Source: Candidatus Altiarchaeales archaeon
GTDB lineage: Archaea; Altiarchaeota; Altiarchaeia; IMC4; QMZM01
Assembly (NCBI GenBank): GCA_963749405.1
Contig: CAVVMY010000016.1
Span: 16,414-80,413 of the forward strand
Length of the DNA stretch: 64,000 nucleotides
Direction: 5' to 3'
Shown here piece by piece: positions 10,715-17,931 of this stretch; the first letter of the stretch is position 1, and each line of letters starts with the position of its first letter. Position numbers and translations under genes: made by a program. Under the pieces are notes generated by a model. That model was not told the origin of the DNA, searched no databases, and saw only the letters and a list, made by a program, of their open reading frames with translations.

Positions 10715-10915
10715 TCAGTATCTGCGGAATTTCATTATCTCGTCCACTACTTCGGTGTGGGCTAGGAGCATTCTTCTGCAGCAGTATCTCTCCAGGCCCA
10801 GAGAGTCCATAACTTTTTTTGGGTCTTCTTTGTTTTTTGTAACTCGTGTATTGAATTCTTCCCAATGCTGTGCCACGGGTGCCCCGCAGGTAAAACATCT
10901 TACTGGAATAATCAT
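10715..10915 (-). CDS. rpoN: DNA-directed RNA polymerase subunit N (Rpo10)
   Basis: 66 aa starting [14 protein letters not shown], a zinc-binding Rpo10 signature. Confidence 0.9.
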   Translation of the reverse strand: MIIPVRCFTCGAPVAQHWEEFNTRVTKNKEDPKKVMDSLGLERYCCRRMLLAHTEVVDEIMKFRRY

Positions 10916-10948
10916 TTTTGTTATTGATATTGGATAATATGATTTCTT

Positions 10949-11362
10949 TTATCTGTATGATTTCTGTCTTCTGTGTCTGGGTCCTTTGCTGCTCTGGCTT
11001 GGTTTGTGTGTTTCTGTCAGCCTGTGGTCTCCTGCTATTAATGTTCTTTCGTATTGGTGGTATCTTGCCAGGAGTTCGTCGCTTTCGCTGTAGTCCACTA
11101 GGGCTCTTGCTATGGCAGATGCAACGGCATCGGATTGTCCCATGACTCCTCCGCCGGTTACGTTGGCGTTTATGTCAATCGTGCTTATATCAAGGAATTC
11201 TGATGCCAAGAGCAGGGGTAGGCGTATCTTTTCCCTTGCTATCGGAGGCTGGTATACGTCGAGTGGTATGGAATTGACCCGGACGGTGCCTTTTCCTTCG
11301 GCGACTGTTGCTCTGGCGATGCATCTTTTTCTTTTGCCTGATGAGTGGGCTAGTTTTTCCAT
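10949..11362 (-). CDS. rps9: 30S ribosomal protein S9 (uS9)
   Basis: 137 aa with GKRKRCIARATVAEGKG ... GGGVMGQSDAVASAIARAL ... RRQKSYR. Confidence 0.9.
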   Translation of the reverse strand: MEKLAHSSGKRKRCIARATVAEGKGTVRVNSIPLDVYQPPIAREKIRLPLLLASEFLDISTIDINANVTGGGVMGQSDAVASAIARALVDYSESDELLARYHQYERTLIAGDHRLTETHKPSQSSKGPRHRRQKSYR

Positions 11363-11365
11363 ATT

Positions 11366-11806
11366 TTAGAATTTTCCTCCTATTGCTTTGCATAGTTCGG
11401 CGACTGTCATCCCGGAAACTTGCTTGCGCTGGCTTTCGAGTCTCTCTATCTTTTCTGTTTTTACGTCTACGCCGTGCATTTTCTTTATCTCTTCCGCAGG
11501 CACGCCCATGTAGACCATGATTCTTGCAAAGGCTTCTCTGCCGCGGTATTTGTGCCAGGGCACCATTCCGCGTATGGCTCTTCTGACGTATTTATCGGGC
11601 CTTTTCTCGTGGTTCGGTCCTTTCAGAGGGCTTCCGATGTTCCTTACTTCCAGCCACTGGAGTTCTTTGTGTAGTATCATTTCCTTGTCTCCGGATAGCA
11701 TGGCTTTTTCTGCGTTTATTACTATAACGTTCTCTCCTAATAGGGCTTGTTTTGCGACAAAGCTGCAAACCCTTCCTAAGACAAGTCCTTCTGCATCGAC
11801 TATCAT
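11366..11806 (-). CDS. rpl13: 50S ribosomal protein L13 (uL13)
   Basis: 146 aa starting MIVDAEGLVLGRVCSFVAKQ. Confidence 0.9.
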   Translation of the reverse strand: MIVDAEGLVLGRVCSFVAKQALLGENVIVINAEKAMLSGDKEMILHKELQWLEVRNIGSPLKGPNHEKRPDKYVRRAIRGMVPWHKYRGREAFARIMVYMGVPAEEIKKMHGVDVKTEKIERLESQRKQVSGMTVAELCKAIGGKF

Positions 11807-11810
11807 TTTT

Positions 11811-12176
11811 TTAACCGATTAATTTGAGATTTGATCCTTTTGGGTTCTTTTTCATTAGGTCCTTTATGGACATCATTTTTCCGCCTGTTTTCTCTATTTT
11901 CTTTTTGGCTTTTTCTGAGAATTTGTAGGCTGCTATGTTTATTTTGTGGTCTAGTTCTCCGTCTCCGAGAACCTTTCCAGGGACTACCACGGTTTCTCCG
12001 TCTTTGGTATACTTTGATAGCTTCCACATGTTCACTTCTCTTCTGTTCCTGCCGGACCTTGATAGCTCGTCTGCAAGAGTCCTCCATATCGCCGCGTCTT
12101 CCTTGTTCGCGGACTCTTTAAGCTCCCTTATCAAATCCAGCCTTGTGGGGTCTTCGTATTCAACAGTCCTTGGCAT
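11811..12176 (-). CDS. rpl18e: 50S ribosomal protein L18e (eL18)
   Basis: 121 aa with an eL18 pattern (PRTVEYEDPTRLDLIRELKE...). Confidence 0.85.
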   Translation of the reverse strand: MPRTVEYEDPTRLDLIRELKESANKEDAAIWRTLADELSRSGRNRREVNMWKLSKYTKDGETVVVPGKVLGDGELDHKINIAAYKFSEKAKKKIEKTGGKMMSIKDLMKKNPKGSNLKLIG

Positions 12177-12214
12177 TTTTCCCTAAAATCTTGAATCTAA
12201 AATTTAACTTATCG

Positions 12215-12250
12215 TTCAGTGGTCCCAGGGGGACCACACTTCTTTCTTTT
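12215..12250 (-). promoter_or_regulatory. conserved tRNA-trailer hairpin element (copy 1 of 3)
   Basis: Plus strand reads TTCAGTGG-TCCCAGGGGGA-CCACACTTCTTTCTTTT. The same CAGTGG-hairpin-CCAC(A)CTTCTTTTGCC core occurs at 15145-15178 and 54922-54957, each time between a minus-strand tRNA and the TATA region of the next minus-strand gene. Confidence 0.5.
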
Positions 12251-12286
12251 TTCCGTCAACGCTTTTTTCTTTCTTCCCAAGAAAGA

Positions 12287-12359
12287 AAAAAGGGTTGCGG
12301 GGGACGAGCTTCGAACTCGCGCAGACCTTCGTCACACGACCCTCAATCGTGCCCCTTTA
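12287..12359 (-). tRNA. tRNA-Leu(GAG)-like gene with aberrant or deleted D-arm (possible pseudo-tRNA)
   Basis: Minus strand reads GCGGTGG-GC-TAAAGGGG-[CACGA TTGAGGG TCGTG]-TGACGAAGGTCTGC-[GCGAG TTCGAAG CTCGT]-CCCCCGC-A. It has a perfect anticodon arm (anticodon GAG), a canonical T-arm and an acceptor stem with one mismatch. Only about 10 nt lie between acceptor and anticodon stem, so there is no D-arm. A TTAAAAA TATA-like box sits about 25 nt upstream. Confidence 0.4.
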
Positions 12360-12444
12360 GCCCACCGCGTCCCAATTTGAATATGAATAGGGGGTTTTTA
12401 AGACGCCTGTGTTTGGCCAGACTCGGGCACCCCCGCGTGTGTAT

Positions 12445-13053
12445 TTATTTTTTTATTGCTTCTTTGAGGTCTTCGATTTTTTTGTTGAATATGTCGAATG
12501 CGCTGTCTATTAGTTCTGGTAGTTCTAGTTGGTTGAATGTTTCTATGAAGTAGTCGAAGCTTCCGTCTTCTTTTTGTTCGTATGATGCTAGGCCGGCTTG
12601 CCATTTCATGTGTTTTTTGCCTGTGCCTAGTTCTGCTCTTGCTTCGAATTTTATGCTTTGTTCTGGTGTGATTTTTGCTATGGGTATTTTGTCGTGTACT
12701 GGCGTTATTTCCGGGTCTGTGGATTTTAGTTCTCCTGAGTATACTGTGCCTGGGCCTTTCATGTCTAGGGTGAGTGTGACTGTGCATTTTGCGCATCCTT
12801 TGCCTTTGCATGTGCATTCTTCTACGGTGTTGTAGGTTTTTAGGTCTGTTTTTATCGGCGTCAGGCCGAGCCGTAGTGAGAGTATTTCGTCGTTTAGTAT
12901 GGACGAGTTCTCGTAGTAGGTCACGGACTCTATTGCCATCGTCGGTATTTCTGATATGACGATGCGTCTTAGCGCGTTTGCCAGGGCCAGGTCCAGTCCT
13001 GAGACATTGAACCTTACCTTGTTTTCCGTTGCTTCGATTATGTTTAATTTCAT
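12445..13053 (-). CDS. rpoD: DNA-directed RNA polymerase subunit D (Rpo3)
   Basis: 202 aa with LALANALRRIVISEIPTMAIE and a Cys-containing insert (CTCKGKGCAKC). Conserved position upstream of S11/S4/S13. Confidence 0.8.
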   Translation of the reverse strand: MKLNIIEATENKVRFNVSGLDLALANALRRIVISEIPTMAIESVTYYENSSILNDEILSLRLGLTPIKTDLKTYNTVEECTCKGKGCAKCTVTLTLDMKGPGTVYSGELKSTDPEITPVHDKIPIAKITPEQSIKFEARAELGTGKKHMKWQAGLASYEQKEDGSFDYFIETFNQLELPELIDSAFDIFNKKIEDLKEAIKK

Positions 13054-13080
13054 TCTGTGAGGCTATTATGTTAAAAGGAT

Positions 13081-13746
13081 TTATACTCTTCGACCTCTTT
13101 TGCCGCCTTTGGGTCTGCATCCGCCGAATGGCAGGGGTGTTACGTCTTCGATTCTTCCGATGACTAGGCCGCTTCTGGATATTGCTCTTATCGCTGATTG
13201 GGCTCCTTTGCCGGGGTATCTTGGTCCGTTGTGTCCGCCTGGGGCCCGGACTTTTATGTGTAGGCCGGTTATTCCTTTGTCTTTTATGTCTTCTGCTATT
13301 CTTAATGCGGCCTGCATTGCTGCGTAGGGCGATGCTTCTTCTCTCTGGGCTTTGACCATCATGCCTCCTGATTTGATGCTCAGAGTCTCGGAGCCTGTTA
13401 TATCGGTTACGTGCAGGATTGTATTATTCTTGGATGAGTAGATATGCAGTACGCCCCATAGCTCTTTGAATTTTCTGATCTGAGGCGCCCCTGCGGGAAT
13501 GACTTCTGTTGTCGCTCCTGTCTGAGGTGTTGTGGCTTCTTCGGTTTTGACTTCTTCTGAGGCGGCGGTTTCTTCTGTTTTTGTCTTTTCTTTTTTCTTT
13601 GTTTTTGACTTGTCTTCTTTTGATTCCTTGGATTCTTCTATTGGCTGAGTAGTGGCTACTGCCTTCTTTTTTGAATCTGATTTGCCCTCTTCTGTTTCCT
13701 TATCCTGCTTCTTTCGGGGCTTCTTTTGCTTGGCTTCCTTCTCCAA
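13081..13746 (-). CDS. rps11: 30S ribosomal protein S11 (uS11) with Lys/Glu-rich N-terminal extension
   Basis: C-terminal 130 aa is canonical uS11 ([22 protein letters not shown]...[11 protein letters not shown]...). The ATG-defined ORF adds an 85 aa K/E-rich N-terminus and overlaps the S4 stop by 47 nt. The true start may be downstream or non-ATG. Confidence 0.8.
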   Translation of the reverse strand: MEKEAKQKKPRKKQDKETEEGKSDSKKKAVATTQPIEESKESKEDKSKTKKKEKTKTEETAASEEVKTEEATTPQTGATTEVIPAGAPQIRKFKELWGVLHIYSSKNNTILHVTDITGSETLSIKSGGMMVKAQREEASPYAAMQAALRIAEDIKDKGITGLHIKVRAPGGHNGPRYPGKGAQSAIRAISRSGLVIGRIEDVTPLPFGGCRPKGGKRGRRV

Positions 13747-14242
13747 CGTTGATCACCTTGATTTTTTCGCTTATTTTGTCGCTTATCTTTATCAGGTCTT
13801 CCTGGTTCTTTGGCACCGGGTACTTGGGCACTGCGATTGCATTTTCTCCTACGATCACGTGTCCGTGCACTACGAGCTGTCTTGCCTGTTTTGGTGTTCT
13901 GGCCAGTCCTTTCTTGACAACCAGTGTCTGAAGTCTTCTGTCCAGTATGTTTTCGACTGTGAGTGCAAGTACGTCATCCAGTGACCTGGAATCCAGTATG
14001 CCCAGAGTGTTTAGTTTGTCTAGGAGTTCTTTCTTGTTTTTTTCCACCGATTCCCCGCTTGAAGCAAGAAGGGCTCTCGCCTGTCCGCGGTATCCGCTAA
14101 GCGCGGTCTTTGCACGCCATATCTCGCGCTTGTTCTTGAGGCCGTATTTTCTGACAAGATCGTTTTCTTCCGTGATCCTCTCAGCTCTCCATGGGTGCGT
14201 TGGCCTTGAATATCTCCTGCGGGGTCTTCTTGGGTCTCCCAT
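13700..14242 (-). CDS. rps4: 30S ribosomal protein S4 (uS4)
   Basis: 180 aa starting [18 protein letters not shown] with a uS4 S4-domain pattern. Confidence 0.9.
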   Translation of the reverse strand: MGDPRRPRRRYSRPTHPWRAERITEENDLVRKYGLKNKREIWRAKTALSGYRGQARALLASSGESVEKNKKELLDKLNTLGILDSRSLDDVLALTVENILDRRLQTLVVKKGLARTPKQARQLVVHGHVIVGENAIAVPKYPVPKNQEDLIKISDKISEKIKVINVGEGSQAKEAPKEAG

Positions 14243-14260
14243 CTTGTATCCTCATTGATT

Positions 14261-14947
14261 TTATTCTTTCTTTGGCTTATCGGCTGCTGGTGCTGCTTTC
14301 GGCGCCGCTGCGGGTGCTGCCGTCTTGGCTGCGCCTCCGGCTGCCTTCGGCGCTGCGGCTGCTGCCGCTGCTGCTTGGGCTGTTTTCTTCCTGCTGACGC
14401 CTATAGCGCTTCCAGTCCTAAACGAGGTTCTTGTCCTCTGCCCTCGGACAGGTAAGCCTAGTATGTGTCTTACGCCCTTGTATGATTTTATCCTCTTTTG
14501 CCGGGTAATGTCTTCTCTTTGGGATATTTCCAGCTCGGAACCGGTTAGGTGCAGGTTTTCTCCGGTAACGTAATCCCTCTGCCGGTTGGTCATCCAGTAA
14601 GGGATTTTCTTATTGAGAGTCATGATGTTATCTTCGATTTTCGTTATTTCTTCTTCTGTGAGGCCTCCAAGCTTCACCTCTTTTCCTATGCCCATTATGA
14701 GCAGCATTGCCTGCGTAGTATTCTGGCCTATGCCCCGGATCTTGGGCAGAACCCTGTAGACTTCCTTGTTTCCGTCCAATACGACGCCGGACACCCTGAC
14801 CAGCTGCCTGAAATTAGAATCAACCTTCTTTTCCTCGGCCTTCTTCTCAGGGGGCTTCCCGGGGTGAACTGGTTTCTTATCCGGCTGCTTCTCTGGCTTC
14901 TTTTCTACCTTCTCGTCGACTTTGGGTGCTCCTTCCTTTTTTTCCAT
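14261..14947 (-). CDS. rps13: 30S ribosomal protein S13 (uS13) with K/E-rich N-terminal and Ala/Pro/Lys-rich C-terminal low-complexity tails
   Basis: Core FRQLVRVSGVVLDGNKEV...GIGQNT...KGVRHILGLPVRGQRTRT is uS13. Start is chosen at the internal Met (MEKKEG, 14947) because the longer ORF to 15070 runs into the tRNA-trailer hairpins. C-terminus is AAAAAAAAPKAAGGAAKTAAPAAAPKAAPAADKPKKE. Confidence 0.8.
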   Translation of the reverse strand: MEKKEGAPKVDEKVEKKPEKQPDKKPVHPGKPPEKKAEEKKVDSNFRQLVRVSGVVLDGNKEVYRVLPKIRGIGQNTTQAMLLIMGIGKEVKLGGLTEEEITKIEDNIMTLNKKIPYWMTNRQRDYVTGENLHLTGSELEISQREDITRQKRIKSYKGVRHILGLPVRGQRTRTSFRTGSAIGVSRKKTAQAAAAAAAAPKAAGGAAKTAAPAAAPKAAPAADKPKKE

Positions 14948-15144
14948 TCTAAAGAGTCTTAAGTTATGGTACTCAGTCTTTATAAGCCAGCGCAGCGCAT
15001 CACACCACTCTATAGAAAAAACTTCCACAGACGGGAAAACGCCCTCGCCAGCCCAAAAAGACTGACTCAACCTCGAAGAATATTATAATGTATTAGGTCA
15101 TTAAAAATACTCCCAGCCTTCAAAACCAACCAATTCCCTCCCCT

Positions 15145-15178
15145 TCAGTGGCCCAACAAGGGCCACCTTCTTTTGCCA
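15145..15178 (-). promoter_or_regulatory. conserved tRNA-trailer hairpin element (copy 2 of 3)
   Basis: Plus strand reads TTCAGTGG-CCCAACAAGGG-CCACCTTCTTTTGCC. It is flanked by two more hairpins (GCCAGC-TTGC-GCTGGC and CCCTTCT-TTGA-GAAGGG) before the tRNA-Ser 3' end. Confidence 0.5.
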
Positions 15179-15241
15179 GCTTGCGCTGGCATCCTTGCGG
15201 ACTTTGGGGGTGAAGACATCCCTTCTTTGAGAAGGGAGGCT

Positions 15242-15329
15242 CGCCGAGGATGAGATTCGAACTCATGACCCCCTCGCGGAGAACGGGCTCTCAAGGCCCG
15301 CGCGTTAAACCGTGCTCTGCCACCTCGGC
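15242..15329 (-). tRNA. tRNA-Ser(TGA), class II with long variable arm
   Basis: 88 nt. Perfect acceptor stem GCCGAGG/CCTCGGC plus discriminator G. Anticodon arm is CGGGC-CTTGAGA-GCCCG (anticodon TGA). T-arm is ATGAG-TTCGAAT-CTCAT. A long variable arm is present. Confidence 0.8.
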
Positions 15330-15470
15330 ACCTGTAATGAACGTGAGTGCCGAGATGCCGACATTCGTCGTCACCTCGGCGTTGTGAATGAACATGAACA
15401 ACGCTGAGACGCCCGACCCGTAGGTCGGCTGCGCCTCGGCGTTGTGAATGAGGAGTGCGTTATATTCGCG
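15320..15470. repeat. three tandem imperfect copies (period about 50-57 bp) of the tRNA-Ser 5' end plus its upstream sequence
   Basis: C(A/G)CCTCGGC(A/G)(C/T)(C/T)GT(A/G)AATGA(A/G) recurs at about 15320, 15371 and 15428. Only the first copy is attached to the complete tRNA. A CGACCCGTAGGTCGG hairpin lies between copies 2 and 3. Confidence 0.5.
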
Positions 15471-16117
15471 TCTTCCGAATATTTTTTTGTATGATTGTTC
15501 CTGTTTTGGGTTTGGGTGATGTGTGTAATTGTTATATCGTTTATGGCAAAAAATGCGTGGTTATAGATGCGGGTAATCCGCGTCTTGTTTTTGAGAAGCT
15601 TCGGGAGTTAGATATTGGTATCGATTATTTATTAACTACCCATTATCACCATGATCATGTTTCCGGGCTTCCTTTTTTGAAGGATAATCTGGGCGGCGTC
15701 GTAGCTGTGCATGAGGCTGATGCTTCTGCTTTGGAGGAGGGCGATACCAGCCAGGTACTGTCTTATCTTTTTGACCAGAAATGCCCTAAAGTCGCAGTTG
15801 ATTGGAAGCTTAAGGAGGGGGACTTGGTCGATCTGGGTGGTTTGGTTTTGGAGGTCATCCATACTCCGGGGCATACGCCTGGCGGGATCTGCCTTTATGA
15901 GCCGGCTTCTAAGTCTCTTTTTTCGGGGGATACTGTGTTTGCTGATGGCGTTGGCAGGACTGATTTTGCCGGCGGGAGTTTCCCTGATTTGAAAAAGTCA
16001 GTTGAGAAGCTCATTAGGCTGCATAGGGAGCGGGGTGTGGGGACTGTTTATCCGGGACATGGGCCTCTTTTCGGGGGTGATGATCTGGAAGGGATTTATG
16101 AGGCGTCTTTTGGATAG
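15455..16117 (+). CDS. MBL-fold metallo-hydrolase (beta-lactamase/glyoxalase II-like)
   Basis: THYHHDH (HxHxDH) motif with downstream His/Asp ligands. The true start is probably the internal Met near 15491. Confidence 0.8.
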   Translation: MRYIRVFRIFFCMIVPVLGLGDVCNCYIVYGKKCVVIDAGNPRLVFEKLRELDIGIDYLLTTHYHHDHVSGLPFLKDNLGGVVAVHEADASALEEGDTSQVLSYLFDQKCPKVAVDWKLKEGDLVDLGGLVLEVIHTPGHTPGGICLYEPASKSLFSGDTVFADGVGRTDFAGGSFPDLKKSVEKLIRLHRERGVGTVYPGHGPLFGGDDLEGIYEASFG

Positions 16118-16122
16118 TTAAA

Positions 16123-16680
16123 ATGGACAAAATCTTTACATTAAAGGAGATACTTACAATAACTGGAACTATTACGGGTATATTTACAGCAATTTTTACA
16201 GGGGTATATGCATTAATTGTTGCTTCTGAGTATGCTAAAAAACCTCGGCCATCTCTTGAAGGTTTTGTTAAAAAGACGTTTAAAGGACAAACAAGCTACT
16301 TCCTCAAAGTTTCTGTGAGCGGATACAGATTCCTTTTTATAAAGTTCAAAGCAGACAAGGATGCCAAGGATTGTAGGGGGATGCTGAAATGTTCTAACGT
16401 CCTGCCAAACACTTTAAATCTCAATTGGAATGGCACCCATGGAAAAACCACGGTGAGTATAGAACCTGATGAATACGAATTAGTTGGTCTTTTCTATAGA
16501 GATAAGAATGCAAACGAAGTCTCCCCTTTTGCTGACAGTATTGGGGAGTTACCCCCTGCAAAACTAGCGCTTGAAGGCGGGATAACAATTAGTGTGAAAT
16601 CGACAAATGCAGGCACAGTAACTATTAGAAGAAAAATCAGCGACATAATAAAGGAATCAGTTGAGGTGAAAGATGCCTAA
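16123..16680 (+). CDS. hypothetical membrane-anchored protein (AT-rich islet gene 1 of 3)
   Basis: 185 aa with an N-terminal TM helix (ILTITGTITGIFTAIFTGVYALIV) then a beta-rich domain. The islet is about 38% GC against about 50% in flanking DNA. Confidence 0.4.
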   Translation: MDKIFTLKEILTITGTITGIFTAIFTGVYALIVASEYAKKPRPSLEGFVKKTFKGQTSYFLKVSVSGYRFLFIKFKADKDAKDCRGMLKCSNVLPNTLNLNWNGTHGKTTVSIEPDEYELVGLFYRDKNANEVSPFADSIGELPPAKLALEGGITISVKSTNAGTVTIRRKISDIIKESVEVKDA

Positions 16681-17422
16681 ATGCCCCGTCTGTAATAAAG
16701 AAGCCCCTTGCCACTGTACCCAATGTGGGCGAGAATTTTGCAAAGGCCATAGTAGGATACACGAGTGTAGCGACACATCTCAAAAAGGAGATGTGGATTT
16801 TATCCGGCATTTAACGGCAGAGATAAAAACACGAGATATTGTTTTTGAATATTTTGAGTTAGCAAATAAGTCGCAAAGATATGGAATGGATTATTTGAAC
16901 GAGGTAGATGCTAAAGTTGAGGCGCTTCTTCAGAAAGTCAAGGATAAGCAAAATATCCCTTTTAAAATTAGATACGTTGATAATGATCCGGCATATCCTG
17001 AGAACATAGCAATTGTAAGAGATTACGAGTTACAGAGCGAAGCATATGGTGAATTGCGAGAGCATGCGCAATATCTTCTTCGTTTAGATAAAGATGTCTA
17101 TCGAAATTTTTGTGCAAACAACAAAGTTAGCATAGAGGGGTCATTAATTGTTAAAATAGAGGGTAAAATCGTATGGTATGAGCTTAGAGGCCATATGGAC
17201 TGGGGAGTTCCATGGTTTTTGTATAAAGTTCTCTTTTTTGGGAAAGATGCTATAGAGGCGTTAATTAAGATTTCATTTTATAAAAAATCACAGGAACTAA
17301 GGAATCTGAAAGAACACAGTGCAAGCATTAGGGGGATAATGCTAAGTGATAAATCATGCCACGACCAAAAATTTAGAGGAGAAACAGAATTGCTGAAAGA
17401 TTCATGGCATCGCAAATACTAG
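16673..17422 (+). CDS. hypothetical protein with N-terminal treble-clef zinc finger (zf-HIT/MYND-like) (islet gene 2 of 3)
   Basis: 249 aa with CPVCNKEAPCHCTQCGREFCKGHSRIHEC at the N-terminus. Overlaps gene 1 by 8 nt and gene 3 by 19 nt, consistent with a single operon. Confidence 0.4.
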   Translation: MPKCPVCNKEAPCHCTQCGREFCKGHSRIHECSDTSQKGDVDFIRHLTAEIKTRDIVFEYFELANKSQRYGMDYLNEVDAKVEALLQKVKDKQNIPFKIRYVDNDPAYPENIAIVRDYELQSEAYGELREHAQYLLRLDKDVYRNFCANNKVSIEGSLIVKIEGKIVWYELRGHMDWGVPWFLYKVLFFGKDAIEALIKISFYKKSQELRNLKEHSASIRGIMLSDKSCHDQKFRGETELLKDSWHRKY

Positions 17423-17793
17423 TGGATGGACTACCCAAAACAGAGGTTGAGGTTGGTAAAAACTTCGTAAGCGGGGCATTAAGCATTCATAGAACGGCTA
17501 AATATGTCAGCGAAATGAATCAATATAAGCGGAGTATGCTGAAAAAAATAGATTTGCTATATGAAAAAGGGGATGAGATTTGGATAATAGAGGCAAAAAA
17601 CAGCCTCATTGACAAAAATAATTACAAAGCATATACTGCGATAGGTCAAGTCCTTTCATATGAAAAACTCTATAAGGAGGATAATCCGGCAAATACTAAG
17701 AAGATAAGACTAGGAATTGTTTGTGGAATAGGAATAGACCCCTTCATAGAAACCTGTTGTAATTCCCTTGGAATCATGGTTTTTAAATTTTAG
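17404..17793 (+). CDS. small PD-(D/E)xK-like (restriction endonuclease fold) protein (islet gene 3 of 3)
   Basis: 129 aa. KGDEIWIIEAKNS fits the D...(D/E)xK motif (GDE ... IEAK) in a beta-strand context similar to Hjc/NucS-like nucleases. Confidence 0.35.
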   Translation: MASQILVDGLPKTEVEVGKNFVSGALSIHRTAKYVSEMNQYKRSMLKKIDLLYEKGDEIWIIEAKNSLIDKNNYKAYTAIGQVLSYEKLYKEDNPANTKKIRLGIVCGIGIDPFIETCCNSLGIMVFKF

Positions 17794-17931
17794 CCCAAAA
17801 GTGTATAGTTATTAAGTGATAACAAGTCGTTTAATGCGTTCTGTGGTGTCAACGACATCACAAATCTCGTTTCGGGGAATCAGGAGTTACAAAGAACTGA
17901 AGGGGCGGTAGCCCCTGCGGTTCGGTGTGTT

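Noticed and set aside
12398-13120. 240 aa R/K-rich ORF antisense of rpoD
   Set aside because: The rpoD frame is the conserved one (Rpo3 motifs). The alternative is an arginine-rich shadow ORF.
14948-15070. Longer N-terminal extension of the S13 ORF (start at 15070)
   Set aside because: The extension (MSQSFWAGEGVFPSVEVFSIEWCDALRWLIK...) overlaps the conserved trailer hairpins and looks non-protein-like. The internal Met at 14947 precedes the conserved uS13 core.
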